A stretch of 37,142 bases of DNA from a bacterium (GTDB lineage: Bacteria > Patescibacteriota > Minisyncoccia > Phycocordibacterales > Phycocordibacteraceae): the NCBI GenBank assembly GCA_021813835.1, contig JAKAJJ010000001.1, positions 1 to 37,142 on the forward strand. The letters run 5' to 3'. The position numbers and the translations under genes were made by a program. This document shows, piece after piece, positions 35,192-37,142 of the stretch. Position 1 is the stretch's first letter, and every line of letters starts with the position of its first letter. The notes beneath the pieces are model-generated. The model did not search any database, was not told where the DNA came from, and saw only the letters and a list, made by a program, of their open reading frames with translations.

Positions 35192-36460
35192 CTAGTGCGA
35201 ATCGACCACGTCCTTGATGAATTTCTTATCGAGCCAGAAGCAGCGCTTCGTTATCGCAGAACCGTCCGGAAGGACATCAGTGTCGGAGCCGTCACGGCCA
35301 TGCGGACGCACGTGGGCGACCGCGCTTTCGGATTTCTTCGGGAGGCGGCTCCCGTCGCTCTTCTTCACCGCCTTGACTGCGCTGCGCCATACGCGCTGCA
35401 CTTCGCCCTCGAGCACGTCATTCGGCATCGTCCAGAAGAACGCCTTCACGAAGCGCTTCCGGTCGCCGCTCTTGCAGTCACCCTGGCACTGATAGACGAC
35501 GATGAGGAAACGCTTCTGAAGCTGCTCCTTGAACGAGCTGCCGGGCTTCTCGTCATCGACCGCCGCATCCCAATCCTCCTTCACGAGCTCGGCGAACCTG
35601 AACGCCGGGAACGACATGTCTTCCTTCGGCATCCCGTCGGCGCGCAGCTGCACGGTCTTCATCGTTATCTCGGCCTTCTCGAATTCCTCGATCTTCTTGC
35701 CCTGCACGCCCATCATGCGCCGCGCGAGCATGGCGTAATAATCCTTCGACTTAGGGTTGAGGCCTTTGCCGACCTCTTTCTTGATGTCGGTTATGGTCTT
35801 CCCGGCGAACGGCGTGAAGCGGCTCAGGATCTCCTGCTCGAACGTCTTCTTGCGCAGCACGGAAGAGTCCTTGATCGCGGATTCGTATTCTTCCGCAGCC
35901 TCGTCCGGCGAGAGCATCTGACGGAGGAGGACGGTCATGTATCCGGCCTTGAACGAGAACGCGCGCGGCTTTGCCGCTTCGCCGCCGTTCGCCTGCGTCC
36001 TGGTCACCGATGCGTTGGCTGCTTTCGTGCATGCGCCGAGATACTCGGTGTCGCCTTCGGAGAGGTCCTGCGCGCGACCGGCGCTGATCTTCCCGTGTAT
36101 CTTCCGCCAGTCCTCCTCGATGATGCGCCGGTCGCGTTCAGGGAGCTCGCTGAAGGAGAGTCGTTGCGCGATGCGTACCGGATGGTCGACCGCGGCGCGT
36201 CCGTCTTCGTGCTCGTACGACACCAGCATGATGTCAGCGTTCTTCCTGAGGAACGAGCTCGTGCCGAACGTCTCCTTGGCCTCCTTCTCGTAGTTGATGA
36301 TGTTGAGTACGAGGCGTTCCTTCGCGGAATATCCGCCGCGGGAGAGCTTCTTGAGCGGCGTCGACTTGAGCTCGACCCCGGCTTCCGGGAAATCCGGGGC
36401 GGATTCGTTCGGCGGGTTGATGCCGTAGTAGTAGCGCTCGAGGATGGTCCCGAAGGAGCC
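35192..36460 (-). pseudogene. Sau3AI/MutH-family type II restriction endonuclease, 5'-truncated
   Basis: Frame extends upstream of 36229 as GSFGTILERYYYGINPPNESAPDFPEAGVELKSTPLK..KERLVL with no start codon; LSEGDTEYLGACTK, HVRPHG and CFWL motifs. Confidence 0.8.
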
Positions 36461-36461
36461 C

Positions 36462-37094
36462 CAGAAATGGTCGGGCCGGAAGCTCCATCAGTGGCTCAAG
36501 TTCGACCTGAACTTCAAATCGAAGGGCAACAAGAATCTCTCCCTCGGAAACATCTACGTCATCCTCCAAAACCCCTTCTACTACGGCACCTTCGAGTACC
36601 CGGAGAAGAGCGGCAACTGGTATCAGGGCAAGCACGAGCCGCTCATCTCGAAGGAACTCTTCGACGCCGTGCAGGCACACCTGAAGCGGGACCAGATCGT
36701 GCGGTCGGAGATCAAGGAATTCGCCTTCACCAAGCTGATGACATGCGGCTCCTGCGGGAGCGGTATCTGCGCCGACGAGAAATTCAAGCGCCTCAAGGAC
36801 GGCACCTCAGCCCGCTACATCTACTATTCCTGCACCCGGCACAAGGACAAGAATTGCAAGAACGGGTACGTGCGCGAGGAGGCCTTGATCGAGCAGATGG
36901 TGAAGGTGATGGACGGCGTCGATTTCAACAAGATCGCCATGCGCGAGAAATTCGAGGAGGAGGTGGAGCGGCTACGGAAATTCCAGCGGGCGTTCGCCCA
37001 TGGTGGGGACGCCGCACCACAGAAGGACATCGACCTCCGCGACTATGCGAAGTATCTCCTTCCCTATTGTGACCGAACTCGCGACGATGCTTAA
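36462..37094 (+). pseudogene. Large serine recombinase fragment (recombinase domain and Zn ribbon only)
   Basis: ILQNPFYYG, GKHEPLISKELFDAVQ, CGSCG, YYSC; catalytic resolvase domain absent. Confidence 0.85.
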
Positions 37095-37142
37095 AAGACT
37101 GCCGTATTTACGAACGCTTTCTGCAAAATCCTGCCCAGCTGT

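Larger units (their letters stand above)
29046..37142. mobile_element. Decaying integrative element or prophage remnant; right boundary not visible in the window
   Basis: att-like left site, ParB-methylase, HTH proteins, defence genes and a serine recombinase fragment. Confidence 0.65.

Noticed and set aside
36444..36461. ATG 36444 as the real recombinase start
   Set aside because: It lies within the antisense nuclease sequence across the junction, and the catalytic domain is missing.

Overview
GC-rich chromosomal segment that looks like a Patescibacteria/CPR (Parcubacteria-like) genome. The basis is a short ValS, near-leaderless genes, DUF5666/DUF2914/DKNYY-type proteins and CPR-style recombinase motifs; the taxonomy is an inference. 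The housekeeping backbone holds an rlmB-like methylase, a DHH phosphoesterase, tsaD, valS, prsW, hsp20, a glutaredoxin, ftsB, lepA, murJ, rnpB, a class II RNR and four tRNAs (Val, Phe, Arg, Gly). Three accessory regions interrupt it. (1) 22-2630 is a cassette bounded by a perfect 108-bp inverted repeat, carrying a four-gene ParB-domain operon, a MITE and a convergent structured RNA. (2) About 13.4-16.1 kb is a stack of single-gene cassettes behind tRNA-Gly, separated by repeated tRNA-3'-like sites (GTTC-N14-GCACCA-NN-YAGTGCTA). (3) About 26.1 kb to the end has purM and DKNYY islets with a second family of tRNA-3'-like sites, then a decaying integrative element (ParB-methylase, HEPN protein, IS256, truncated Sau3AI-like nuclease, truncated serine recombinase). 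The strongest novelty candidates are a ~140-155 nt structured RNA present in two covarying copies (2136-2291 and 32825-32978) and the tRNA-anchored cassette arrays. The RNA has a tetraloop/receptor pair, a pseudoknot and a mutually exclusive alternative hairpin. All calls come from reading the sequence; no searches were run.
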